A stretch of 64,000 nt of DNA from Octopus sinensis (GCF_006345805.1 NC_043013.1:5642001-5706000); one strand, 5' to 3'. Numbered from the stretch's first letter, positions 36,984 through 50,607 are shown. A program made the numbers and translations. The notes: generated by a model from the sequence alone, not told the origin.

Positions 36984-38561
36984 ATGGTCATCACACCAAG
37001 CTACACCATATCACTAGTTGTTTCTTCCAGTTTGGATGATGACTCGGAGAGTGAGTATTTTCCTAGTTCAGAATCAGATGATTCCGATAGTGATGATGAT
37101 ATTCCAGTGAATCAAAGGTACAGGCAGGCAGCAGTGAATGGCCCTGGACAATAGAATGTCGTGTGGCAAGCAAGAGACAATTTTATCCAACGGCATGGGT
37201 CTACTTATATGCCTGGCATAAAGGCAAGCCTTGAACACGGGACGTTCACCATTGGAAATCTTCCACGAGTTTTTGACGACTGAAATGTTCCAATATATAG
37301 CAGACAAAATGAATGACTATGCTGAAAACCATCCCCAGCATGGCAGTGATTGGTTTCTAACCACAAGGGACAAAATCAATGTTCTGCTTGCCCTGCTGAT
37401 ACTGATGGGCATCGTGAAGAAACTGACTATGGCATCATATTGGAATTGGGATCCAGCCACATTGACACCTTTCTTTCCAGAAATGATACCACATGACAAA
37501 TTTTTGGCGCTTCTTCGAAATCTACATTTCAACTCGGGTGAGAAGCAGGATGACAGGCTGCACAAAATGTCCTAGCGTTAATAAAGTGGCTGAAAATTTC
37601 GGAACGGTGTATGTCCCTGCACAGGACATTAGTATGGACGAGAGTTTGTAGAAATTCAAGGGAAGGCTCTGATTCAAACAGTGCAACCCAACCAGACGTG
37701 CCTGCTTCAAAGTCAGGATTTATAAAGTATGCCAGTCAACTGGCAGAGCTTGTGGGTACACGTGGAATTACAAAATTTATACTGGTCCGGACAGACTGGG
37801 TCTTCCAGCGTCTACTATAGCGTCAACTGATGTCATGCTGGACAAAGGCTACAGTATTCATATGGACAACTGGTTTTCCTGTCCAACTGGTCTTCCTGCA
37901 GTCGCAGGCGTGGAGGACTAACGCCTGTGGGACTGCGAGGGCACACAGGAAAATATGCAGCTCGATCTTCACAAGATAAAACTCTGAAAGGGGGAAACAG
38001 CTTACCGATGCACTGATAGTGGCTTTGTCACTCTAGTATGGCGTGACAAGAAAAACGTCTGCATGTTGAAGTCTGCTAGCATGAAGGATTCTAGGAAACA
38101 AGATGTGGACAGTAATGCCATAATGAAAGTGAGTGTAGTTGTTTCATACAATGAAGGGATGGGCAGGATCGCTCGCTCAGATCAGCTGGTGACGACACAC
38201 AAACTGATGAGAAAATTTGAGAAATGGTACAAAAAAATTTTCTTGTATATAGTTGACATGTGTGTCGTGAACTTACATTTGAATTGGCAGATGCTTGGTG
38301 GTGTGGGGGATGGATTGACATTCAGGAATCTATTTTTCCATGAAATGATAGAAGCATCAAACCTGCTAAAGTACAGAACGCGTGGACATCCCCATGCCAG
38401 ACATTTTCCACGAATGTTCCCCCTACCCCACTGCTAAGAAGACAAATGCTTCAAAGAGATGCACAGTATGTAAAGCAAAAAGGAAATGTAAGGAAACTAG
38501 ATACCATTGTTCACAATGTGATATGCCATTGTTTGTGGTATCCTGTTTTGAATTCACGTGA
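36984..38561 (+). pseudogene. piggyBac-type (PGBD4-like) transposase pseudogene
   Basis: Acidic N-terminus, SPLEIFHEFLT, LILMGIVK, KFLALLRNLHF, ISMDESL.KFKGRL, HMDNWF, KWYKKIFLYIVD and Cys-rich C-terminus RCTVC..KETRYHCSQC. Multiple stops and frameshifts. Candidate left end TTAA|CCCTTT at 36770-36779; right TIR not resolved. Confidence 0.88.
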
Positions 38562-38814
38562 TTGTAGATACGTGAAGTTGATCTGACTTGTGTTGCCAAG
38601 TGATCTTATTCAGGAATAATACTGATCGAGTGTCCTGCACAGAGATATAGGTTAGGTAAATATGCAGAACTTGCACTAAAGCAGTTGACATAAATATGCG
38701 TTGAATGTTATCTTCCACTGAGTGCTGACCTCAATCGATCTGATTACCATTGCCATGCACAGCCAACTGAATGAATCACTTGTGTAAACTGGTTAATGGT
38801 TGTTGTAAGTATAT

Positions 38815-39092
38815 GCCAAACCGTTCTCGGCTGCGGGGTCACTCCGAAAAGCTCTATCTGCGACGATTTCATCTCAATCGAAGGAGAGGGGCTTTCTCCG
38901 TCCGGGTTGCGGATCTGTGGAATAAGCTGCCGGACGAGATAGTGAAGATGCCGACGACCGCTCGGTTCAAAGTCTCTCTTGACCAGAAATGGCCTGAACT
39001 CTTTGCATGAACACCCTCCCTGTACATAACTCCATGTCTCTCTACATGGCCTTGCTTTTTGCTTTTTGAGCCAAAAAATTAACTTAACTTAA
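38815..39092 (+). mobile_element. Young 5'-truncated CR1-like LINE 3' end
   Basis: Intact RLRGHSEKLY...RRGAFSVRVADLWNKLPDEIV...FKVSLDQKW* matches CR1-clade ORF2 ends. Short UTR, (TTAAC)n tail, dense CpG. Confidence 0.8.
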
Positions 39093-39656
39093 AATGATTA
39101 CCGCCAGTGCAACCTAGTTGCTTGATAAAGAGACCGTTGTCCTGGGGTTAAATTAGTAGGTGTTTTAAGTATTTCAGTCTTCTCAAACTATTGTAGGTTG
39201 TTTTCTTCTTTTTATCAGGTGAATATCTAGTCATCCCTATCACTAACAACTTTTGTCAGCCAGGTTGACTGAGGCAAACAAGCTTTATTCCTTTTCCCCG
39301 TTTTGTTACCTGATGTATTACACTGAACTGTGTATTACACTGAACTCCTCATATTCTTCCTACTGCTAACTGTTTCCTGTTAACCTGGCTTAACAGAAAA
39401 GTAGTTGGGTTCCTTAACTAGGATCATAGCAGTATAAAGTAACAATGAGATTTAAATTACTAACCATATAGCTTGTAGTCTGTAACCCAGTGTGGAGGTG
39501 TGTCGCTTAGTAATTAGAATGTTGGTCTCGCGATCATAGGGTCATCAGTTCAATTCCTGGACCAGGGAGTCTCATTGTGTCCTTGAGCAAGGCACCTCAT
39601 TTCATGTTTCTCCAATATACTCTGTTGGAAAAAAATGTATACCAACCAAGTGTTAA

Positions 39657-39877
39657 CCCTTTCGTTACCGCATTTATTTTGAGATGTTCTGTGTTTATTT
39701 CACTTACTTTTAAATATAAAAAAGAATTTAGTAAAATAACTTAGTTATCATTCAGCTAGTGTTAGGAACATAAATTGTGACTAAGGTTTGGTGTAAGATT
39801 TTAATTCAGAACTTATGAAAACAAGACATTTGTACTCAGAGCCAAAGCCGGTTTCAGACGGGTTGGTAACAAAAGGG
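39657..39877. mobile_element. piggyBac-type MITE (~220 bp, TTAA TSD)
   Basis: TTAA|CCCTTTCGTTACC...GGTAACAAAAGGG|TTAA. Homologous copies at 35319-35533 and 42684-42890. Confidence 0.85.
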
Positions 39878-40342
39878 TTAATGTAGCCTCCTCTCTCTCT
39901 CTCCCACCCTCCCTTCCACCCCCATCTCTCTTTCTCTCAGTTGGCACACCCTGGATATTCTGCTTGGATCAAAGTTACAAGGGCTGAGATGTTGTCTCTG
40001 TCTGACTACAATTACACAGTCACCTCAAACAATTGGTGAAAGTGTGGTACATGCTACCAAGTCCTACTTACTTGTGAGTGACTGCTGTGATTCTGTGGTG
40101 CAGTACCCTCATTCCACAGCCATTGTACCATAATACTACCATTAACCTCTTCATGATTTTGTCTATAGTTCTGATGAAATGCAATGTTTACGTGCTTCTT
40201 TTTATTTAGAGAATAACCAAGAATTTAGAAGGATGACTCTGTGATTAAGGAGTTTACTTCTCAACAACCTGATTTAGGGTTCAGTGCCCCTGTGCTTAAT
40301 AATCCCAGTTCAATAAGAGCCTTCTGAGTGGAATATATATAT

Positions 40343-40778
40343 ATGGATGGGGACAGCTGTATAAAGAAGTGCCAAGCTCTAATTGTGGAGGGTACCTCTG
40401 GAAGGAGTAGATCCAGGAATACAAAGGACAAAGGGGTGAGAAAGGATTTTTGGATGCTGGGCTTCAATCAGGGAAGGACCAGGGAGATGTGGGTATTTGC
40501 TGTACTTGCTAAGACACATCAAGCTAAGTGGAATTGCTGTGTCCTACATATACAGGTTTGTCCTTTCAGGTGCTGGTGCCACTTCAAAAGCGCCTTTGCA
40601 GGTGGCACATAAAAGGCACCCAGCTTGTTAAGTTGTTGGCATTAGGAAGGGTATCCAGCCATAGATACCACGTCAAGAAAGACAACTGGAGTCTGGGCAG
40701 CTTCCTGCTAACCAGCTCCATTTCAATCCATCCAACCCATGCCAGCATTGAAAGTGGACATTAAGCGATAATGATGAG
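40343..40778 (+). mobile_element. RTE-type LINE ORF2 C-terminus plus 3' UTR (degenerate)
   Basis: MDGDSCIKKCQALIVEGTSGRSRSRNT...RKD...LAKTHQAK resembles RTE ORF2 ends (GRGRPRKTW..VV..D). Contiguous with the abundant ...CATGCTAGCATGG..GGACGTTAAACGATGATG UTR family. Confidence 0.75.
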
Positions 40779-41183
40779 GTGCAGGGGTGGTTGTGTGGTA
40801 AGTAGCTTGCTTCCCAACCACTTGGTTCCAGGTTCAGTCCCACTGCATGGTACCTTAGGCAAGTGTCTTCTATAACCTCGGTCCAACCAAAACCTTGTGA
40901 GTGGATTTGGTAAATGTATATATATATATATATGTATGTATGTATATATCTATGTGTGTGTCTCTCTGACTCTGTGTTTGTGTCCCCCCCCCATCACTGC
41001 TTGACAACTGGTGTTGATGTGTTTACATCCCCATAACTTAGCAGTTCAGCAAAATGAGACTGGCAGGATTAGTACCAAGTTTTTTTTAAAAAGAAGTACT
41101 GGGATTGATTCATTCAACTAAAAACCCTTCGAGGTGGTGCTCCAGCTTGGTCACAGTCAAAATCACTGAAACAAGTCAAAGTG

Positions 41184-41219
<36 letters not shown>

Positions 41220-44200
41220 TAGCAAATGCACACATGTCAATCCATTATGGCCTTTTCTAATGACTCCCTTAATTGATTAATGAGTACATTATATCAATTC
41301 CAAAGAAACTGTTTTCTGCAGATGAATATTTTACAATGAAGGACATTCCAAATTTAACACAGTTTAAAATTTTTTCGACCCCAGAGCCAACGTTTCCAAC
41401 ATTCTGCTGCTATTTCAGTTGACAGAAATATCATCCTCATCATTTAGCATCCGTTTTCCTTACCAGCATGGAAAACAGATGTTAAATGGTACGGGTTTGA
41501 TAGTTTGACAGAAACTGGCAAGTTGGAAGACTGCACCAAACTCTACTTTCTGCTTTGACATAGTTTCTGTGACTCGATGTTCTCTGTGTGTGTGTTTGCT
41601 TGCATTTGTGCTTATGAAAAACCTGAGCTACAAATGACAGTGTGATTATAATTTCCATTGTCAACAAATCAACTATTGGCTTTGTGTCTTCAAAGACCCT
41701 AAACCTTGCTTGAAAAATAGGTAAGAATTAACAAGAAGGAATCCAGCTATAAGCGAATGCCTTGATAATGTAATTCATGTAACCCATGCTAACCTGGTAG
41801 AATAGACATAAAGGAGAACAGACAAAATTTGTTGTTATCGAGAGTTTGGAAACATAACGAAAGGTTTTCACATAAAATTATGACAGATTCTAATTTAAAT
41901 ATGAACACTTGAATCCCTTTTTTTGTTACCATATTAGTTTAACTGCACTGCTTTTGTTTCAATTAATTTTGAAAATATTTAATAATTTACTAAAGTAACT
42001 TTGTCATTAAACTGGTGTTTGGAATGTAAATTTACATAAAATTTTGATTGGAAGTTTTCATTTAGATCTCGTTAACTCTTTAGTTACCATGTTTCTGTTG
42101 AGATGTACAGCCTTTGTGTAAATTAATTTTGAAAATAATCAAGAATCTGGTAATGCGAGCTAGCAGAATCATTAGCATGATGGGTAAAATGCATAGCAGT
42201 ATTTCGTCCATCTTTATGTTCTGAGTTCAAGTTCCACTGAGGCTGACTTTGCCTTTCATCCTCTCGGGGTCAATAAAACAAGCACCAGTTGCTCTAGGGC
42301 TGATGTAATTGGCTTAATTACTCCTGGGTAAGAGTATTTTTAATTACATCCCTTCTGCCAAACCATGTCGGCCAGTGTGGCAGAGTAGGCTCGTCCGACC
42401 CCGTATGATCCTGAGCTCACATTCATGGCCTCCACATCAGGCCATGATTGGTGGAGAGAAAGAACCTGCAGCAGACTGAACATGATCAATCCAATCCAAT
42501 TCAGTTTTTTGTTGCAAAGGCACAGCTTAATGACAAGTGTTAAGCTTTGATGGCAAGATTTTATTCAAATCACTCTAAAATGAAAAGCTTCATAGAACCA
42601 AGCGCAGATCGGATGGGTTGGTAACAAAAGGGCTGAATTTAGCTTGAAATTTTGATGGAAAGCATGAATTTAGATCACTTTAACCCTTTCCTTACCAACC
42701 CAGCTGAAACCACCTCTGGCTCTGAATACAAATGTCTTGTTTTCATAAGTTTTGAATTAAAATCTTTCACCAAACCTTATTTTTCTAACACTAACTGAAT
42801 GGTAACTAAGTTATTTTACTAAATTCTTTGTTATATTTAAGTAATGAAAGAAACACAGAGCATCTCAAAGTAAATACAGTAACGAAAGGGTTAAACCAGA
42901 AAGTTTTATATCACAAAACCAAGGGCATTCTCAGGTGGGTTGGTATCAAAATGGATAGGGTGTTTTGGGGGTTTTTTTTTTATGTATCCTAGAATCAGAG
43001 ATAGTTTCTGACAAGTTGGTACCAAATGGGTTGGCAGAATGTAAAGCTTTGAACATGTTGATTAATGAAGTTTGACCAGGAACTATGAACGTGGGGAGTG
43101 ATGGTGGTGGTGAATAAATTAATTAGAGACAGTAATTTATTTAGCTGTGTTTGTCTGACATCTAAAACAATATATACCTTTCAGATAGGCAATGTAATGA
43201 TCTGTATTATTTAATTAGAAACAATACGGACACTAATGAAGATTGTGTGTGGGCATGTTTGAGAAGCCTGCATGATTACTTCATAGAAAAGCTAATGTAA
43301 ACAGAACTGGTGAAATGATAGTGTTTGTTTTGTTCCACAGGTTTTTCTTATGGTTGAAATGGGAAGTAATTGCAGTAGGATGCTCTTCCTGTTGCCAATC
43401 CTCCCATTATAAGTTTTCCAAACAAAGGATTTTTTTCTAATTCCAGAGTAATTTAAAAGTGCAGAACTTGCAGATGACATGTTAATAGGAAATGTCAAGA
43501 ACTGTCATTGTTTATAGCTATAACTTAGCTAGGTTATAAACATTCACGCGCACACATACACACGCAAGCTTCTTTCAGTTTCCATCCACTAAATTTTCTC
43601 ACAAAACATTGGTTGGCCCAGGACTATAGAAGACGCTTCTCAAGGTGCCACATAGGGGACTGAACCTAAAGCCATGAGTTGAGTGGATTTATGAACCCCA
43701 CCACCCGGTTTTCAAGAAGCTGTATAAGTGGCTCATGGGCTTAGTTTCATGCCAAAGCCCTTGTCCATCTGGATAAATGCTACTCTGGCACAGAATTCTA
43801 GGCCTTAGAGTAACTGATGTAAAAGTAAAATAATATAAATACTTTGCTGTATTATGTATTGAGTTCTTTTTCTCCTGTCTGAATAAACTACATAAATGCT
43901 CTGTGTGTGGTCAAGAAGTTCAGTGCACAACTTTCCGGTCTAGTGTTTCAGTCTCACTGTACAGCGCCTTGACCAAGTACTTTTTTCATAGCCACAAGCC
44001 AATGAAAGCCTTGTGAGTGTATTTGCTGGATGGAAACTGAAAAAAGCTTGTGTGTGTCTCCTTGTCTAGGTATTGCATGCTAATTGTAAACATGTGCCAC
44101 TGTCATGTGGCTCTTAGCACTTGTTTGCAATCTTCACTTGAAAACAAGTCCTGTCAATCTACAGTTCATATTTAAAGAATTAGGGGGAAATATTTCTTTG

Positions 44201-44339
44201 CTTGTAAACAAGTGAGGGTTTGGTAACAGGAAGGGCATTTGTGCATAGAAAATCTACCTTTACAAATTTCATCTGACTCATGTGAGCAAAGAAATGTAGA
44301 CATTAAAACAACAATGGTGTGTGTGTATATATATAAAAA

Positions 44340-44600
44340 GGGTAAAGACCCCCTTCGGTCATGAATGACCATGGGATTGCACCTAGAAAGTTACCCTCCT
44401 AGACACAAGTCCGGGCAAGGTTGTTTATGGAAGACCAGCAGTCGCCCATGCATACCAGCCTCCCCTCTCCACGCCACCAGTGTTATCCAAGGGAAAGACA
44501 AAGGTCGATACAGCTTGGCACCAGTGACGTCGCAACTCATTTCTACAGCTGAGTGAACTGGAGCAACGTGAAATAAAGTGCCTTGCTAAAGAACACAACA
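44340..44600 (-). mobile_element. SINE family D (B-like core, different 3' tail ending GGGGGTCTTTAC)
   Basis: Homologous to 1135-1400 (-) and 59920-60240 (+). Confidence 0.65.
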
Positions 44601-44700
44601 TATATATATATATATATATATAGTGCATTGTTCCATGATGGTAAGATAAAAGTACTCCATCTGGTGAGAGAAATATGTATTGTGTTTATCAAATAATATA

Positions 44701-45622
44701 TTGGATCATTCCATAAATAATGCAGTTTCTTTTACACTTCTTTAATTTCTCAAAATTAAGATAAACAGTTCTTTTTTTAATCTAAAATATACTCTCCTTC
44801 ATTTTCTACAATGCTCTTCAATCTATCTAGTAGAGTTGCAAGGCCCCTTTTCCAAAATTCACTTGTCGGTGATGAAAAATATTCCTCTGATACAGTTCTT
44901 ACCTTGTCTAAAGAATTCATATTTTTTCCATCCAAATGATTTTGAAGACAGTGGAATAAATGATAATCAGATAGGGCAATGTCTGGCAAATATGGTGGGT
45001 GGAGCATCATTTCTCATTGAAATCACTCCAGCCTTTGGAATGTCATCTTTGCTGTATGTGGCCAAGCATTATCCTGATGGAAGAACACCTTTCGTCTTGA
45101 AACCAAAGACAATCATTTATCTTCTAGCACTGGTGCTGACGAATGGTTGAATGACCAAATCCAAGCTTCTCTGCTAGTTCCTCCAGTTACAATGGAATTT
45201 TGTTCCACCAGGGTTTGCAGGACATCCTTGTTGAGCTCTATGGATCTTCCAGGACAAGGCTTGTCTTTTAGGCTGTAGTTTCCGGCTCAGAATTTCTAGA
45301 ACCACTGTTGACACTGGCTTCTGCTTATTGTCCAATTCCCATATGCTACAATAATATTCCTCACACTTTCCGTTGTGTTGTTGCTTTTATTTAACTCATA
45401 AGGCAAAATATGCATGAATATGCTCTTTTGTCACTTCCATTATAGCTTTCCAAAAACAACTGATAAAATCAAACTGCACTCTTCAAAACTTGTGCTAAGA
45501 ATAAGCACAAGGTAAAATTACTACCTGCTTTTATAGCAAGTTGATGCAGGTGGTTTATCCTGTCTCCCTCCGACTTTTAGTTCATGCAATTGAAAAAAAA
45601 ACACATTTATGGGATGACCTAA
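44701..45622 (-). mobile_element. Mariner relic with both TIRs
   Basis: TIRs (TA)TTAGGTCATCCCATAAAT and (TA)TTGGATCATTCCATAAAT. C-terminal HPPYLPDIALSDYHLFHCLQNHLDGK...KRGL..L..R..SIVENEGEYILD. Confidence 0.85.
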
Positions 45623-45624
45623 TA

Positions 45625-46350
45625 CAGGGGTTGGACAAAATAATGGAAACACCTTAAAATTTCAAACAAATTTATTTTAATATGGGGTTGGACTGCCTTT
45701 GGCAGTAATTACAGCTTGAATTCTATGAGGTATGGACTCGTACAAAGTTTGAATTATTTCCAAAAGAATTTTTGTCCATTCTTCAGCTAAAACAATCTCC
45801 AGTTCTTGTAGTGATGATGGTGGAGGATATCGACTCCTTACTTGTTTTTCTAAAATGCACCATAAATGCTTAATAATATTAAGATTTGGGGTCTGTGATG
45901 GCCAGATAAGATTTTCAACTTTACTAGAATGTTCCTTGTGCCATTCAGTAACAACTTTAACTGTGTGAATTAGTGCATTATCATCCTGAAAGATTGCGTT
46001 TCCCTCCAGAAACAGTTCCGCAACCATAGGATCATCCCAGATCCTCCCCAGATCTTCCTCCATATTTAACTGTTGGAAGAAAGTAGTTTGGATCAAATGC
46101 TTCTTTTGGCTGTCTCCACACGTATACTTAGCTGGTGTTTGGAAATAAGGTAAAGGATGACTTGTCCGAGAAAATAACATTCTTCCACTGTTCTAGGGAC
46201 CAATTCTATAGGTTTTTACTCCACTCTAAATGCTTTGCAACATTTGTTTTTGAAAGTAGTGGTTTTCTGATTGTAGCCCTCCCATGAATTCCAGCTTTGT
46301 GCAGCTTCCGGCGAACAGTTTTTGTAGAAACTGGGTTCTCAAGTGGTCAT
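45625..46350 (-). mobile_element. Tc1-like (DD34E) transposon 3' part
   Basis: TA|CAGGGGTTGGACAAAATAATGGAAACACC TIR and IFQDDNA..WPSQTPNLNIIKHLW...SIPHRIQAVITAKGSPTPY. Internal deletion; 5' end not resolved. Confidence 0.85.
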
Positions 46351-49300
46351 TAAGCACATTGTTTTGTAAGATTCCTGATGTGAAATCATGTGTTGAAACG
46401 GATATTGTATTTCAGGATGGTCATTTTTTTCCCCCCCCCAGATAAACACATGCCCTATATATTTTTTATAATATTTTTTATTCGCTTGTTTATTACTGTT
46501 CTTATTTTAATATTTTAAATCCTGAGCATTGTCTGGAAAGCTTTCATCACATATCTGACCTCTTCAGCGGGCAGAATGGAATAAGTGGAGCAAGAACACA
46601 CATGAAAACAAAAAATGTTGAAGAGGTCACAGACGTGTGGCGAAAGATTTCCGGACAATAAGCTAAAATATTAAAATAAGAACAGTAACAAATGAATGAA
46701 GAAAAAATATGTATAGTGTGTGTGTGTTTGTGTGTGGAAAAAAAAAAAAAAGAGACCATCCCGAAATACTACAATATATGTATATATATATATATATATA
46801 TGTATATATAAAAAAATCCAGTGTAAAGTGGTAAGCATTAGGAAGAACATACAGCTGTAAAAGCCATGCCAAAGCAGACAATGAAGTTCAGCACATTCCT
46901 CTGGCTTACCAGCTCCTGTCAAAGCATCTAATTCATGCCAGCATGGAAGATGGATGTTAAATGATGATGGTGGTACACACACACACACACACAACCTATT
47001 TTATATATAATTGCTGAAGTTATCAAGGAAGCAAGTTATAAATAAACAGTGTTGGACTAACATAGGACAGAGTATGGCATGGTTGGAATGGATTTTAATC
47101 ATTAGTTTATCTGTTCAGTCAGGATTGATGTGGGGCTAAACAACAATCTTACGTAGCTAAACTGGACACTGAAGAGAGCAAAACATCTCCTGACTCCCAC
47201 GGCCCCCTCTTTTGTCAGTATCTGTGGTATGGTCGTCAGCTGATAAACGGTGGCATGGCATATCTAGAGCAACAATTATGTGGGTCACACCTAATTGGTT
47301 GGTCGATTATTTGCGTGACAAAAAGTTTGCTCAACCAGCGCTGACCTGGAACTGCAATAACAACCGAAACCAAGCTGCAAAGGTGAAACTGCTGGGTGAA
47401 TAAGGTATCAATCTATCAGTTATTGATCACAAGACAGAAATCAATGTTGTAGCTGTGAACAAATCACTGATTTCTGCTTTATCGTTGTTTACGTCAACTA
47501 TCACTTTTAATCTTCAAGACAATCTTGGAATGTGGCTGGGGGTACATTGGCATTTTACAAAGAGAGAAAGACCATCTTTTGTGGGGATGTTTCCCCCCCC
47601 TCATCTATCTAATAGATTGAAGCTTAAACTAAACCCTTATTGATTGTGAACCCTTTCAGAACAGGTGTTGGGGTTGGTGTTGGTAGTGTTTACCTCTACC
47701 TTGAAATGACATGGGGCTGGCTTGTCAATTTCAACCCAATGGTTTACAGATATGTAGAATCTTATCTGCTCTCTTTACTGTTGCCTCGTTTTCTATTTTG
47801 TAGGTAAGGCCACAAAACAATGACAGTTGTAAGAACAAAACTTCTGAGTGCAGTTACTTCCCCTCCTCTTTGTCTATCTGTCTGTCTGTCTCTCTCTCTC
47901 TCTCGCACAATATGTATAATACACAGGCACAGCTGTGTGGATGGGGAGATTGCTTTGTAATCATTTGCTTTCAGGTTCTGTTCTGCTGTGCTGCACATTG
48001 GGCAAGCGCCTTATGACTGATGCCTTGTGAATGGAATTAGCCAATGGAGACTGTATGGAAGCTACATGTTGAGGGGCAGGAGGTGTATATATGTGGACAG
48101 TATTTGAACACTTTGAGATGATATTATTTCCCATCACACCAATAACAGCCTACCAGCAAATGCACGGTTGCACAGTGCATATATACATTAAGTATATATG
48201 TGGTTGGTAATGTTTATTTACTACACTAGCATGGAAAACGTATAATGTGTGCATGGATGTACATGCTAAACTAAATAACTGCAATGGTGTTGCTCTAGCC
48301 AGTTGATTCGTTAGCCAAATAAAAAAATTATCCAGTAATTCATTAACAAATAGATGTTTGTTTAGGGAGCAATTCATATTTACATATATTTTCAACTACA
48401 CACACAACTGTGCAAGCAATTAAACAAATTTCTAGCTCATTAAGTTACATGAATTCGCAAATGATATGATTGAGTGGGAGAAGTTGTAGTTATTTTAAGA
48501 AGTCTCTACAGGCCTTGTTAATAACAGCGTTGGTCTACTGGCTTAAATGGGTTGAGTTTTTCACTGGTACTGCACCCAACACTTTCCTTTGGAACTTACT
48601 ATGTTTAATCATATAAATCGCGCCCCTAATTTAGTGTTAAATCTTGGTACAAATTTTTTTCCTTTAATAGTTTTAGCTTTGCCCCATGTAAGTCACACCC
48701 CAGTTTTTTCAGTGAAAATCAAATAAAAAAATTGTGTGACTTATACACAAGTAAATATAACTGTTGTTAGCCAGGTCAGCTAGGGGTGATTAGGTATTAG
48801 GTGGACATACAGTTTATTGCTTTACGCGAGCTCAATTTAATTTGTCCTTAATCGAAAGGCACCTGTTATGCCCTGTTGTTATTTTTTTTGTATTCGTGTA
48901 ACATTGTCCATTTTTTTTCCTTCCTTGTTTTTGTATACATTCACTACTTTCTCTCAAGGAATCTAATGTTCTTAGCTTAATTTTTCCTTGGGGCTGGCCA
49001 GATTGGAGCAATCTCAAGAATAATCAGCTGAAATTGCAAAAATAATCTGGTACTTGACTGAGGAAAGAAAACTCCGAATGACCCGTTCTTGTTTTCTTTG
49101 TATCGTCTAGCTGGATGTTTTGTTGTCCCTTTTCGTATCGCCTAGCTGTCCGGATGTTTTGCATTCTTGTCCCATTTTGTATTTTATATGTATATATATA
49201 TAGCAGTGTACGTACACTTAGGTCTCTGGCTTTAAGTAGGTACAATGAGGAAGTAGAGATCAACATTGTGCTCAGTCCTAAATATAAGAAAGTGCACTGT

Positions 49301-50537
49301 TGATAATGTCGATCTATGCAATCATTTCACTCTATCATACAACTTAACTGATTGATTGGTTGATTAATTAAATCTTCATTAGTTGTAAGAATACACCAAT
49401 ATCTTAATCACTTGACACCTACATGTCATGATCCAATAACTCTTGAAATTAATATTGGGCTGTTCTTGCTACCAGGGCTAACAGTGTTTGAGGATGTTCT
49501 TGTGTGGCTGTTAGCCCTTGCAGCTATATAGGAACACCTCATGGTAGTTAGCCCTAACACCACGTTAAATTGTTCTGGTGTAGCTGTGAGGGCCTAACAC
49601 CATATGAAACGATCCTGGTGTAACTGAGGGCTGCTAACATCACGCTAAGCTGTCCAGTGTAGATGCAAGGGCTCGCACCACAAGAAGCTGACCATTGCAG
49701 TGATCATATGTATGCCATGAAATAACATCTTTTGAAAAAGTTAATCCATTCTCCCCCTTTCTGTGTTCAGTATAACATGTAGGCATGGGATGGGTCCATA
49801 ACTGCTACATGTCATGGGGTAGGGGAACTGTAACTGCTACATGTAGAGGGCAGAAATGCTGTAGCTGCTTTGTATATATAGAAGACATTATCCAATGTGT
49901 CCTCCTTCAAGACAGTAAGGTGTAGTTTGTGAAAGATTTGGCTGTTATTTCTAGCAGACCATATAGGAGCTCATTGTTTACTTGCTAAATATGTTTTCAG
50001 AGTGAGAAAGCTATTATATAAAGCCAACAGATTAACTGCAGCAGAGTAAACAACATTAATAATAATAATAATAATAATACAGAAATTAGAACTGCCGATG
50101 CAGTTGACAACAGTAAAATGGCAAAGTTTACTTATCATTTCATATCTCATGTAAAGTAGAATAGCTTACTGATGTGCTCTAACCTGTCTTTAGCCTTTTG
50201 TTGTACTAAATATAATATCTGGCCAAATATATGAAGCAGAGTTTCACAATCGAAATGGGTGTCACAAAATCTTAAAAACCATCATCATCGTCGTCGTTTT
50301 AACGTCCACTTTTCTATGCTGGCATGGGTTGGACAGCGTTCATTGAGGCAGATGGATGCTCTCCCTGTTGCAAACCTTCACCTGTTTTCAAAGCAAGTTA
50401 ATATCTCCTCATGGCTGGAAAATGTTTTTTGCAGAATGTTGGAAATAAATGACACTGCTTGTCTGACAGTGATAATCATTTACAACTATCATGTGATGTC
50501 AAGACAAGCAGTCATAAACACACACACACACACATTC

Positions 50538-50607
<70 letters not shown>

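Noticed and set aside
36774-39150. Complete piggyBac element with paired TIRs
   Set aside because: Candidate right ends (GGTTAA near 38790, GGGGTTAA near 39145) do not match the left end well enough to call.
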